Source: Octopus sinensis
Taxonomy: Eukaryota
Reading direction: 5' to 3'
Assembly (NCBI RefSeq): GCF_006345805.1
Contig: NC_043000.1
Coordinates: 14,942,001-15,006,000 of the forward strand
DNA length: 64,000 bases
A model generated the notes under the pieces. That model was not told the origin of the DNA. It saw only the letters and a program-made list of their open reading frames with translations, and ran no database searches. Position 1 is the first letter of the stretch. Every line of letters begins with the position of its first letter. Position numbers and translations under genes: made by a program. This document shows, piece after piece, positions 1-12,695 of the stretch.

Positions 1-849
1 ATCTGTAGGGTGTGATCTGAGGGATTGATGATGGTGTATTAGTGTTCTGATCTTATCTGAAAAATTACATCCCACCCCATCTCCAGGGTGCCCTCTGAAG
101 AATCGTCACTTTCCTGGGCCTGGAGTCATGATTCTTTACCTCTAGAGTGAGACCCCCAGAATGTGGGTAGAATTGTTCTTTAAGGTTTCTATGAGTGAAT
201 CAACTTGAGGAATCTTGCTGAGCATAAAGAATCCACTTCCCCACCCAGCTCAAATTATTTAGGATACCAAAACTATTCCTTTGTGTTGTGCACCTTTTAT
301 TATAAAAATTTAAGAAAATAAATTTAAATCTGGAGGATTAATGATGGTGTGTTAGAGTTCTGATCTTATCTGAAAAATTACATCCCATCCATCTCCAGGG
401 TGCCCTCTGAATAATTGTCACTTTCCTGGGCCTGGAATCGTGATACTTTACCTCTAGAGTGAGATCTTCAACCAAAAGAATTTCTACTAACTTGCAGAAC
501 TATAACAACAGTCCTCTTAATAATCCAACTTCATTTGCTGCCCATATTATTTCTAACTACCCGAAAGAAATATTCGCAAACTGTCTGTCTCCATTTTGTT
601 TGCCTTGTTCTCATGGAAGTGCAATTACAAAGTTGAGTCTTTATATGGATACTAAACCTACAAGAAATAACTAAATCTCCCACAAATCAACTCCTGCTGT
701 CTTAAATAAAGGGATATGTGTGGTAATGTAAAGCTAGATACTCATATGGACATCTTTAGCATCACAGCAATATTGGCCCTTGTAAATTAGTGGATCCTAC
801 AAGGGTTTAAGAAATGTATCACCTGAGCTAAGATAAGTTTTAAACCCAC

Positions 850-1140
850 CGTGATGGTCAACAAATTCCATTTACCATCTCCTGCATTACAGAGCAATCA
901 GTCAAGAATCTGAACAAGCTTTTTGACTCAGCGATGAAAGACTCTGCTACTATTTAAAAGTTCAGCTAAGACCATGAAGCTAGCAGGCACCAGGCCTGGT
1001 TCTATCAATATTGTATCTGGGTCCCAAGTTTTGTGGCCTCTACTTCTTGATAGAGTCCACTGACAACAGTTGACTCCCTCAAAATGAAGACTGGTGGCCT
1101 TTTTCTACAAGTAGCTGGATCTTTCTCACAACGGCAACAT
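850..1140 (+). mobile_element. Highly decayed HERO-like RT fragment
   Basis: ITEQSVKNLNKLFD, AWFYQYCI and LWPLL pieces in shifting frames. Confidence 0.4.
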
Positions 1141-2096
1141 CTAGCTTCTCCTGTTCAATGGCTTTTGTAGTGGCATGAATTAGTGAGGTGCTGCAGTACA
1201 GGGACCAGAAGTTTTCCTCAGTTGGCATCGAGGTGAGAGCAGTGAGAAAATGAAAGTGGCAGTCACAGCTAAGGCAAAAAGTGCTGATAGACACCAGGGT
1301 AACAGTCTTAAGGGCAGAGGCTTACAATATTTCCCAAAGACCCAGGGCAAGGTGACACACCATCTTATCTAGAAAGTGGTTTGTGTAAGATAAAGAGCAA
1401 GTGAGCAAGATAATAGGCCTCAAGCAACAAGAAGTACGGAATATCATAGTTTTAATCATATGCTTGCTCAATCAAGTGTAATCTTAGAATGCTTCTTCTG
1501 TTACTATCAGTTTATTCTAGAGGTAACTCCTATCCTTACTAAATGCTATAATTTCCTTGCCAAAATTATGCAAAACATGATATACCTAACTCTCAAACAG
1601 AATTATTCCTATCACTTTCACTTCCAATTGTCTCAAGAATAATGGAAAAGGTTATAAATGACCATGTCCTTCATCTCCAAGAATCTCCCTCTTTTATCCA
1701 TGTCTGGAATGATAGCTTTTTAACTCGGTCACTTGTTTATGTACTCCATCAATTTCTTGGATACTGGCTGTGTGATCACTACAGGGGGTTTAGTTGTGAT
1801 TGTAAATAGTGTAGGTGGTTTTAGATGTGTAATGTCTGTTTGTGATGCTTTTGTCCTCATAGCGTGATGTTTTGGAGTTTTTTACCAGTTGAAGAGGGGA
1901 CTTGTATGGGGAGGGGGCTGTTGATGTTGTCTCTATTTTGGTGAAAAAGTGACTAGAATTGTGTGTAATTTCAAACAGCAGCAAACAAGAGAGCCATTCG
2001 ATCATTATGGGTGGCAAAATCATAAAGCACTGGAGGTTGTCGGGTTATATTTTGTGTTAAGACCTTGTCCTGGTGGACTTTAACTTTCATCCTGCC

Positions 2097-3690
2097 ATCA
2101 TCATCAGTTAATGTCTGCTTTCCATGCTGGCATGGGTTGGATGGTTTGACTAATGGCTGGCAAGTCAGGAGGTGGCACCAGGCTCCAATCTAATCTAGCA
2201 AGGTTTCCACAGCTGGGTGCCTTTCCTAACATCAGCTACTCCGAGAATGTAGTGGGTGCTTTTTATGTGCCACCAGTACGGGAGCCAGTACTGTGGGACT
2301 GGCATCAACCACACTCAAATGGTGCTTTTTACATGCCACTAGCATGGGTGCCAGTCAAGTGGCATGACAATGATTTCACTTGACTCAACAGGTTTTCTCA
2401 AACACAGTTTATTGCCCATTGATTGAAGGATACTCTTAAATGGGCCGGTTAATGCAACACTGGCATAAGCCATGGCTACGGTCTCACTTGGCTTGCCAGG
2501 TCTTCTCAAGCACAGCATATCTCCAATGGTCTCAGTCGCTTGTCATTGCCTCCGTGAGGCCCGATGTTCAAAGGTCGTGCTTCACTACCTCATCCCATGT
2601 CTTCCTGAGTCTACCTCTTCCACAGGTTCCCTCCACTGTTAGAGTTTCATCCATATGCAACACATGACCATACCAGCGCAGTCATCTCTCTTGCACACCA
2701 CATCCGATGCTTATGTCCAACTTTTCTCTCAGGGTGCTTACACTCTAGTGTATTCACACCATCATTAACACATCCAGGGGAGCATACTAGCTTCTCGCAA
2801 GCTTACACATGTCCTCAACAGTCACAGCCCGTTTCACTGCCATGTAGCATGGCTATTCGCACACATTCGTCATACAGTCTACCGTTCATTCTGAGCAAGA
2901 GACCCTTTGTTCCCAGCAGAGGTAAGAGCTCTCTGAACTTCCCCTAGACTATTCTTATTCTAGCAGCTATGCTCTCAGAGCATCCATCCCCACTACTGAC
3001 TTGGTCACCTAGGTAACAGAAGCTATCAACTACTTCCAGTTGTTGCTCCTGTGCATCTGCCACACACAAAAACTATCTTCCCTTCCTTTGATATTGCTGC
3101 ACCTTTTGTGTGTCCATTGCTTACACCGGGTACATCTTATGGAGTTTCTACCTATGCCTTTTCTACAGATTGAACAGGGCCATCTACCTCAAGGGATTTA
3201 TGATTTGTCTGCCTTCCTACTTACTAAGACTTTGGTTTTTGCTACATTGACTCTTAGGATCTTCGATTCTATACTTTGCTTCCACACCTGAAACTTCTCT
3301 AGTTCTGATAGTGACTCAGCTATTAAAGCATAGAGAAACTCCCAGGGGCATCCTGTCTTGAATTCCTCTGTTATTGCCTGGATGACTATGATGAATAAGA
3401 GGGGGCTGAAGACTGATCCTTGGTAGACCCCTACACAGAATTCTTCACTATATTCATTGTCAACCCTCATCTTACTGACAGCATCCCTGTACATGGCTTG
3501 TACAGCTCTCACTAAACATTCATCTATCCCTAGTTTCTTCATTGACCATCAGATAAGGGATCAGGGGACCCTGTCAAAGGCTTTCTCCATGTCTATGAAA
3601 GCCAGGTACAGAAGTTTATCTTTGGCTAGGTATTTCCCCTGCAGCTGTCTTACCAGAAATATAGCATTGGATAACATGGTCTGGGTTAAA
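2097..3690 (-). mobile_element. 5'-truncated, decayed RTE-clade LINE (RT C-terminal half, 3' UTR, (GAT)n tail)
   Basis: ORF fragments LYLAFIDMEKAFDRVP and GVYQGSVFSPLLFIIV; contiguous with the abundant ggcgttaggaagggcatccagc-type tail family. Confidence 0.85.
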
Positions 3691-3880
3691 TGGAGGCTGG
3701 AATCATGGTTAGAAAGCTTTTGATCATCTGTCTTACATGAGGTCTGACCTTGACCATGCTTGGACTTGTACTGTAGCTTCCCAGTTGAATTCTCTCTTCT
3801 TGCAATTCTCCATTTAATTTTTGCTGGATTAAAATTAGAGTTCTCTTCATTCTCCCCATTTGAAAGCAATTTTCAGTACA

Positions 3881-4257
3881 AGGCGTAGGAGTGGCTATGT
3901 GGTAAGTAGCTTGCTTACCAACCACATGGTTCCGGATTCAGTCCCACTGCGTGGCACCTTGGGCAAGTGTCTTCTACTATAGCCTTGGGCTGACCGAAGC
4001 CTTGTGAGTGGATTTGGTTGACGGAAACTGGAAGAAGCCCGTATATATATATGTATGTGTGTCTGTGTTTGTCCCCCCAACATCGCTTGACAACTGATGC
4101 TGGTGTGTTTACTTCCTCGTAACTTACCGGTTCGGCAAAAGTGACCGATAGAATAAGTACTAGGCTTACAAAGAATAAGTCCTGGGGTCGATTTGCTCGA
4201 TTATAGACGGTGCTCCAGCATGGCCACAGTCAAATGACTGAAACAAATAAAAGAGTA
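3881..4257 (+). mobile_element. SINE family B (ggcgtaggagtggctgtgtggtaag...gaaacaagtaaaagag)
   Basis: Further copies at 6973-7324(-), 20729-21147(+), 40336-40720(-), 57960-58320(-), 58345-58706(-), 63580-63780(-). Confidence 0.85.
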
Positions 4258-4510
4258 ACTTCTAATGACTTTTTATCTCATTCCAGTTAAAATTTCAATT
4301 GATTAAAAATATCTTCGACTAATTAACTTCTGTGTGCAAGATGACAATGAACTCTATTGTATGTTAACCCTTAGGTAGCTAACGACTTGTCTTCTGAAGA
4401 GGTAACACAACACCAGCAGTGTTCCAGGGGTAGATGGTGTTCTACAATACATGTTTAATCAATATAATCTGTTTTCCTGTACAGTAATTTTTTTTGTTTT
4501 TAATTCACAG

Positions 4511-4566
4511 GTGGGAAAAAGAAGCCTTTAAAGGCCCCTAAAAAGGATTCCAAAGAATTAGATCAT
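4511..4566 (+). CDS. TMA7: Translation machinery-associated protein 7, internal coding exon (first exon lies upstream of the window)
   Basis: cacag acceptor and gtaagg donor; encodes (G)GKKKPLKAPKKDSKELDH, matching the TMA7 N-terminal GGKKKPLK motif; 56 nt, phase 1 to 0. Confidence 0.93.
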
Positions 4567-4722
4567 GTAAGGAATTTAATTTTTTTAAATTTAAATCATA
4601 AAAGGCATTTTCATGCTTGTGCACGAACATATTGTCTGGTGTGAGATTTGTGCAGTTCTTTGGTATTTCCAACTTCTACTTCTGGTTGTTTTCTAATATG
4701 ATGTATTGTATCTGTTTGGCAG

Positions 4723-4810
4723 GATGATTTAGCATTTAAGCAAAAGGAGAAAGAAAAAGAAAAAGCTTTAAAAGATGCAAGGGCTAAAGCAACTCAGAAA
4801 GGCCCAATGG
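4723..4810 (+). CDS. TMA7: TMA7 internal coding exon
   Basis: ggcag acceptor and gtatgt donor; DDLAFKQKEKEKEKALKDARAKATQKGPM; 88 nt, in frame with neighbouring exons. Confidence 0.93.
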
Positions 4811-5990
4811 GTATGTATATCATCTGAATATTGGTTATGTTGGTGAACTTTAGCAAAAAATAATAGGACGGTTCTGGTTAATGTTTTGAAGGTGTCAGGT
4901 CATCATCATCATCATTTAGCATCCGTTTACCATGCTAGCATGGGTTGGACGGTTCAACTGGGGTCTGTGAAGCCGGAAGGCCGCATCAGGCCCAGTCAGA
5001 TCTGGCAGTGTTTCTACGGCTGGATGCCCTTCCTAACGCCAACCACTCCGTGAGTGTAGTCCACTATGCTTTTTTAATATGGTCAGGGATAAGAGATTTT
5101 ATAAACAAGAGGATGTATGAGATATATCTTTGGTGGTTTGTGAGGAGGGCGTAATGCAAGGTGATCTTTGTGTAGCAGTTGAATCTGTTTTGAAAGAGAT
5201 TAGGTTGTCATAATTACAGGAAAATGGATTGGTTGCATAATTCTGTGTTTTAAGATAAATATCTGAGATATAAGCTGAGAGGTGTTTACCATAATTGACA
5301 TTTTCGAGGTATTACGGAAGCAAGGGTTATCTTCCTGTCACAGTCTATACAAGCTTTATTTCTTTATTGGCAACAAGGGGCTAAACATAGAGGGGACAGA
5401 CAAAGGGATTAAGTCAATTACATCGACCCCAGTGCGTAACTGGTACTTAATTTATCGACCCAGAAAGGATGAAAGACAAAGTCAACCTCGGTGGAATTTG
5501 AACTCGGAATGTAAAGAGACGAAATACAGCTAAGCATTTTGCCCGGCGTGCTAACATTTCTGCCAACTCACTGTCTTAAATGTCTATACGAGCTTTCTTG
5601 TTTACTAAATTGTAGCCAGTGTCTCTGATATTTAATCAAAAGAGTTCCTGATGAGAGGTAAAGAAATTATATTTACCCCTTTAGCATTCATTTTACTGTC
5701 AATTGTAATGCTTATTTATACACATTGTTTTGAATTACTCATGCATTATCTCATATCTTTGAGATTTTGATGATGTGCTTGTTTATCTTTAGAATTATAT
5801 TGTAGAGTAGAAGTGAAAGACCAGACATGGCCAGTTTAAATGGTAAAGTATTATGAAGATACATTATCCTATTCGTCTTTGTAGTTTTATAAAGCGTTAA
5901 TGTTAAATAAAAATGTGTTTACTAGCTGAAATGTTTGGGGTGGTGATGATTATTAGCTTTGTTACAAAATGTAAATCTTTTTCATTTCAG

Positions 5991-6028
5991 GTGGAGGTGG
6001 CATAAAGAAGTCTGGAAAACGGCAGTGA
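5991..6028 (+). CDS. TMA7: TMA7 last coding exon
   Basis: tttcag acceptor; GGGGIKKSGKRQ-stop, the typical TMA7 C-terminus GGIKKSGK. Confidence 0.92.
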
Positions 6029-8921
6029 TTGGCTTCTACTGTTTTCAGCTACAGATTCATGATTTTCATTTGGATATAAATATTTTTATTTTAAATAAGT
6101 CTTCTGTTTTCATTTTGAATTTAGAAGCATTTCTGACCAACTTTTCAACTTGATGTCCTGAGTTAAACATTAAATTTTGGAAACCATACTTCAACCTGTG
6201 GACCATAATTTCACTAATTATTCTGCCTTTGTGAATTTACATATCTGTATTGCTTTTTGAGATTTAGTTTACCTAAGTAAAAATTGTTAAACTTTCACCA
6301 TCAACATTTTAGGTCCACGTTTGCATGTTGGACCAAGTCAGTTCTTTTGTGAAGCTAATGCCTTCCTGAAAGGAGGACATATACAGCTTTTAAACCATTT
6401 CTTTGATAATTCGCTCCAGATTTGCAAAAAGTTTAATGTACAACAATTGTCATTATTTTCATTATCATCAACAACAGCATTTAACTTCCATTTTCCCTGC
6501 TGGCATGGGTTGAATAGTTTCACAGGTCCCAGCAAGCCGTAAGGTCCGGGATTCAAACTCACAACCTCAGCATCATAAGCTCAACGCTCTAACCACTGAG
6601 CCATGCAGCTTCACAATTTTGCTTATACAATTGTCATACCTCCATAAATACTATGCTTTTTAGCTAGTCCAAAAATTTTTTTAAAAACCACCATTTAAAT
6701 TTGAAGAGAGAGAGAGAGCATGCACAGGTTTCCGGTCTGAAGAACAGTTTAGGTTATAGAATGTCACAAAAGCAGTTGGTCTAGTTGTATTACAAATAAA
6801 AACAGAATGGACTGAATTACAACAATCTCCAATAAGTGAAAGCTTCTTAGTTGGAGAAAACAAACATAGCATTAATTAGCAACTCTAAGAGAAGGGAAGA
6901 TAATTTTGAGAAATTAAGAATGACATGCATAAGGAAAAGACTGATCAAAATTTTATTTTTCTTTCGCAATCTATACTCTTTTACATGTTTCAGTCATGTG
7001 ACTGTGGCCATGCTGGAGCACCACCTTTTAGTCGAGCAAATCGAACCCAAGACTTATTCTTTGTAAGCCTAGTACTTTTTCTATCAGTCTCTTTTGCTGA
7101 ACTGCTATGTTACAGGGACATAAACACACCAGCATCGGTTGAGGGGACAAACAGACACACATAAACGATATGCTTCTTTCAGTTTCTGTCTACCAAATCC
7201 ACTCAAGGCTTTGGTTAGCCCGAGGCTACAGTAGAAGACACTTGCCCAAGGTGCCATGCAGTGGGACTGAACCCGGAACTATGTGGTTCATAAGCTACTT
7301 ACCACACAGCCACTCCTATGCCTATGTCAAAACTATTGTCAAGTGATGGAAACAGGCTTGATTATAGTATATTGATGTTGTCCATTAAGGCTAAAACATG
7401 TCCATAGTAGTCTTTCTTCCCTGCAAAAATCATGTTTACCCCTTTAGTTTTTTTTGCTTTTATACCTGAGAGTATCTTGTACTCAAGGTTGAAAGGTCAC
7501 CATTCAACCTTGCTGTCATCTTTTGGGTTGGTGCCTCTGAGTGCCTTGCTTGACTAAATTCAAAATCAAATTAACATAGATGGTCCTATTCCCTCTACTA
7601 GGTTAGAGTCTTTGGCTCATTGTCATTTCTCTGTCTGGTCAAGTACCCACCGTCAAGATCTTTAAATATATGCTCACTTGATTCTTTTCCCAGGTACATC
7701 ATTTCTCTGTTGATCTTCCTGTTAGTCATAAATCTTTTTATTCTGATAGCTTTTATCCTTGAACTGCTTCTGAGCAACTGACAACCATCATGTTTACCTT
7801 TATATTTGGGCCTTTAAGCTTTTTATTAATCAGAAAAAAAAATGGGTTTTTTTTCTGATTAATAGAAAAGCTTAAAGGCCCAAGAATTTTTAGGTCCCTT
7901 ACAAATAGTGGCCTGAGCTTTGTATGGAACAAAATTGTTAAGGAAAAAGTTAGGGAAATGTAACTTGACAAGATAATTTGATCTTTTGAAATCATACCTG
8001 CCACCTTTGAGACTTGCTAAGAATATCTGCTAGGTTTTTTTTTTTTTTTTTTTCCTTTCCCCAACTTAGAAGGAAATTTCGATGGATTTTTTTTCCCCAT
8101 ACATATATATATATATATATATATGTATATCATTCAGTACATGGCACTATAACTTTCTTTTTCATCCAGCAAGCTTCCACACCGTCATTATCGAAAGTCT
8201 AAAAACTTTCAAACAATGGACTTGTATAATTTCTGCAGTCTATTTTTAAAATTATGTCAATTTAACATTGGTTGTTTTCTTGTGAGTAAAACTAATTAAA
8301 TTAAAACAGTCCAATTTCTAAAGCATTGTTGAATGGCAAGTGTAGAACAAAAATCTCTAAACTTGGCTTGAAAGAAGATAATTAAAATCTAATTTAAGAA
8401 AGTAGAATATAACTTTAATTAATTACAGTTCAATTAGTACAGGACCAACTAAAATCTGATATCCTGAAATTAATCTTATTCTGAGGTTGAAAGTAATTAT
8501 AGTAAGAAGGATAGTGTCCCTGATTTTTTTTTTTTTTTTTTGGCACAAGGCCAGCAGTTTTGAGCACGGGGGTAAGTTGATTACATTGACCTGATTGTTT
8601 AACTGTTTATTGATCCTAAAAGAATGAAAGGCAAAGTTGATCTCATCAGAATTTGAACTCAGAACATAAAGACAGTCACAATGCTGCTAAGCGTTGACAT
8701 GCTAACAATCTGGCGGCTTATTTAAGATCATGCAGGTATCAGGTTGAAAATTCTCAATCATGGGTGGTGAATTTCCTACAGTAAAAGTTGCTCTCAATAA
8801 AAGTATTCCAGTGGCGTACAATATTTGTTTCAGGCTATAATATTTTAGTTAAAAATAGTGTTAGTCTTTGTTTTTTGTTTTTTTTTTCCCTACCCTCACT
8901 ATCATGCTAGTATCAAAGTCA

Positions 8922-9296
8922 GTGTGGAGGCGCAATGGCCCAGTGGTTAGGGCAGCGGACTCGCGGTTTCGATTCCCAGACCGAGCTTTGTGAGTGTTTA
9001 TTGAGCGAAAACACCTAAAAGCTCCACGAGGCTCCAGTAGGGGATGGTGGTGATCCCTGCTGTACTCTTTCACCACAACTTTCTCTCACTCTTACTTCCT
9101 GTTTCTGTTGTACCTGTGTTTCAAGGGGCCGGCCTTGTCACTCTCTGTGTCACGCTGAATATCCCCGAGAACTACGTTAAGGGTGCACGTGTCTGTGGAG
9201 TGCTCAGCCACTTACACGTTAATTTCACGAGCAGGCTGTTCCGTTGATTCGGATCAACCGGAACCCTCATCGTCGTAACTGACGGAGTGCTTCCAC
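8922..9296 (+). mobile_element. tRNA-derived SINE (ggaggcgcaatggcccagtggttagg head, tail type 1)
   Basis: Pol III A/B-box-like head; 13-bp TSD AGTATCAAAGTCA; near-identical to 30874-31258 and 33784-34158. Confidence 0.88.
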
Positions 9297-9468
9297 AGTA
9301 TCAAAGTCAAACTAAGATGTAATACATGTTAACATGTATTTCATCTTAGTCTGACTTCCTCATTCTTTGACTTAGATACACGGTGAATCTTTCAGAACAG
9401 AGGATGCTGTGTATTTGAAGAAACCCCAGTAATTTTTAACAACCGATTTGCTTTTTAAATGTTATTTA

Positions 9469-10273
9469 TCTATATCTATAAAACAGTCCTTGGACGAAAA
9501 TTGTATGCACATTTTGCTTTGACGGTTAATGGCAGCCAAACCGAGGCTAGGATCGAGCTGAAAATTGGCAGGGATACTAACTGCGTGGTGAGGATGAGAC
9601 CCGCGATGGTTAAAATTCACAAGCTGTAAAGATGTGGTTGCTATGGCAAAAAGAGCGGGTTTCTTGGAAGAAAATTGTATGCACATTTTGCTTTGATGGA
9701 TAATGGCAGCCAAACCAAGGCTAGGATCGAGCTGGAAATTGACAGGGATACTAACTGCGTGGTGAGGATGAGACCTGTGATGGTTAAAATTCACAAGCTA
9801 TAAAGATGTGGTTGCTATGGCAAAAAGAGCGGGTTTCTTGGAAGAAAATTGTATGCACATTTTGCTTTGACGGATAATGGCAGCCAAATCGAGCTGAAAA
9901 TTGGCAGGGATACTAAATGTGTGGTGAGGATGAGACCCGTGATGGTTAAAATTCACAAGCTATAAAGATGTGGTTGCTATGGCAAAAAGAGCAGGTTTTT
10001 TTTTTTTTCTTTTTGTCAATTCAAGGGGGCCCAGAGCCCCTCTAGGTTTGTGTGATTGGCTTTCAATGCACTGCAGGCTGTTGTGCTTAATAAACACATT
10101 TTGTCGCGAAATTCCGGCTACTAGGAAACGATTTTTCATTGTGAAAAAAACAAGTGCTTTTTGCTCACGTTTTCTTTTTAATTTTTAATAAAATTTTCGT
10201 TTTTTTTTTTTTTATTCCTCATCTTTAAAATGTGGCCCAAGTAGATCCGAATGAAATCGGGTTATAATACTAG
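9469..10273 (+). mobile_element. Non-autonomous Helitron carrying a ~179-bp tandem array
   Basis: A|TCTATATCTATAAAA 5' end; hairpin atccga-atgaaa-tcgggt then CTAG|T at the 3' end; no TSD; about 3 tandem units at 9497-9997. Confidence 0.72.
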
Positions 10274-11269
10274 TTTATCTGATAAATTTACAAAGATTAT
10301 TCAAGCAATATTTCATCAACAACAAGTATTTTGTTTAATTATAAAGTAGTTAAGTACATGTTTCACTACTTTCAACAACAATGGTCTGTATAGAAATACG
10401 AGTAATATTGTTATTGTTGTAAGGCAACGAGCTGACAAAAACGTTAGTACGTGGGCGAAATGCCTAGTGGTATTTCATGTGTCTATGTTCTGAGTTCAAA
10501 TTCCGCCGAGGGCGACTTTGCCCTTTATCCTTTCAGGGTCGATAAATTAAGTACCGGTTGTGTATTGGGGTTGATATAATTGACTGGCTCCCTCCCCCAA
10601 AATTTCAGGCCTTGTGCCTAGCAGCTTTTACTACTTTTCATTCTACTGTATCAATTTCCCCAATCAAACTTCTTAAAAGATCAAGTAAAACTGCTGAAAT
10701 TAACTAATTATGAGTGATAATCTTTTCACTGGTGGAAGTTGTACCAGTCTACATTATCTAGTAATTAGGTACCCAAGGACAAAAGTCAGATATAAAAAAA
10801 AAAAAAATTGAAGGAGATATGAAAGATCTTTCTACCATACGTTACTGTTGGGTTACAAAAGTGATGCCTATAATGAGAAAGGAAGAAACTAAGCTTTTCT
10901 TAAAACCATAGACCAGATTTATGGAGATTAACGGAGTTGTGGAATAGAACAGATTTCGAAGGAGGTGAAGTGGGGCTAAACAAGTGATTTTTTTTTTTTC
11001 TCCCCACCATTTATGAAAATCAAAGCTGTTCCGGATTATCAAATAAATCAAAATGATGATGATGCATTTGATCTCTGAGGAATTACTGAGTGCATAGGGA
11101 AAATTAGAGGCATAGTCTGTGTTCATATCAAGATCTGGTGCAAACTAGCGTTCATTGCCTGGAGCTTGGTGAAGAATATTATGAGTAGATTTCCATTATA
11201 GCTTGGTAGCTTGTTTATAAACAGTGCTCCAGGTCATAACTAGTCAGGCAAAGAATTGAGAGCTTTAGA

Positions 11270-11860
11270 TGTTAAAGACAAGTTCTAGCAGACAAAAAAA
11301 GGATACTGTTACCAACAAGGAAATGGCCAAGCTTAATATGCAGAAAGGAAGAAGCAAAGAACTGTTGTGTTGTGAATGCAATACAAACAGTATACAGATG
11401 GTTCAGTGAGATCTTGAATTGGCTCACAAATGAAGACTTGATTATTAAGAAAGCTCTTTGGAAGTAGTTGTAAAATTGTAATTGCCAGACAAAGGAAGAG
11501 GTGCAAAAAAGAGTTTAGAGAACTATGACCAGTATCACAAACTGTCTTAGCTCTCAGACATTTTAATGTGATGTGAAAGAAAGAAGGTGGTGAATCTAGT
11601 TAACAGTTCCTCATGAAGATAACATGGATGCCACTTGGACTCAAAAGATTGACCATTATGTAAACCTCCTTGAGGACTGTGAAGATGCTGGCTGGAAAAT
11701 GGAGCATTTTCTAATCAAAGTCGGATGTAGAGGGTTTGTTGAACATGGTGTAAGACATGTTGTTATAAAGTAAATACCACCATGACCAATATCCAAACTA
11801 CAGTGGAAAAGGCTAGCCACTGGATTTAGTTAAAAAGAGATGAAGAGTGATGGCTAGAAG
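11270..11860 (+). mobile_element. Decayed HERO/R2-like non-LTR element, restriction-like endonuclease region
   Basis: LTVPHEDNMDA...LLEDCEDAGWKMEHFLIKVGCRGFV and EKASHWI fragments resemble the RLE C-terminus. Confidence 0.55.
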
Positions 11861-12539
11861 AATATTGACCAGGCAGGACAAGTGAGCCCAGCCCACTTAT
11901 GCATGCCTTTCCTCCCTTGGACACAAAGACCTGTTGAGGCAAGCAAAGTCGATATCGAACCTCATCCGACGACAGGCACCCATGCCAACCCCCTTTGCTT
12001 ACAAAGACATGTTGGGGTAAGTGAAATCGAAATTGAACCAATCCTATGACTGGCACCCGGCAGATGCCAGGACCCCTGGACTGGTGGTACGTAAAAAGCA
12101 CTATCCGAATCGTGGCCGATGCCAGCGCCGCCTTGACTGGCTTCCGTGCCGGTGGCACGTAAAATGCACCGATCCGGCCTTGCCTGGCACGTAAAAAGCA
12201 CCCACTACACTCTTGGAGTGGTTGGCGTTAGGAAGGGCATCCAGCTGTAGAAACATTGCCAGATAAGACTGGAGCCTGGTGCAGCCTTCTGGCTTCCCAG
12301 ATCCCCAGTCGAACCGTCCAACCCATGCTAGCATGGAGAACGGACGTTAAACGATGATGATTTGATAACCAGTTCATCTAGCAAGCAGGGACTCCTATCA
12401 GTGAGGGTGCGCAATGATGCCATCAAGAGGTAGGCCCTGAAACGGCACACATTCTCTCCTGATGACCCCATACACTAGCTGGCTTTCAGCTGGTAGCACT
12501 TGCATCTGCAAGTTGTTTGCAAAACGACATATATATATA

Positions 12540-12695
12540 TATATCTGAAAAAATGAATAGAAATGGTTATTCTGATAATTTTTCCACTTTAATAATTACA
12601 AAAGATAAAAACCATTAGTAAATTTATAAACGTCTAAATATTAAAGTGGAAAAATTATGAGAAAAGCCATTTCTCTTCATTTTTTCAAATATATA
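12540..12695. repeat. Short AT-rich inverted repeat (MITE-like)
   Basis: tgaaaaaatgaatagaaatggttattctgataatttttccactttaata pairs with tattaaagtggaaaaattatgagaaaagccatttctcttcattttttca. Confidence 0.65.

Noticed and set aside
6540-6615. tRNA-like sequence on the minus strand (and similar heads elsewhere)
   Set aside because: It has A/B-box similarity but no complete cloverleaf, and matches SINE heads in this window, so it is not called a tRNA gene.
9497-9997. Regular repeats as a possible CRISPR array
   Set aside because: These are long tandem units without unique spacers, there are no cas genes, and the context is eukaryotic.
12400-12480. GAAA and CTGATGA motifs suggesting another hammerhead
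   Set aside because: The required stems could not be formed; probably the 3' UTR of the HERO-like relic.
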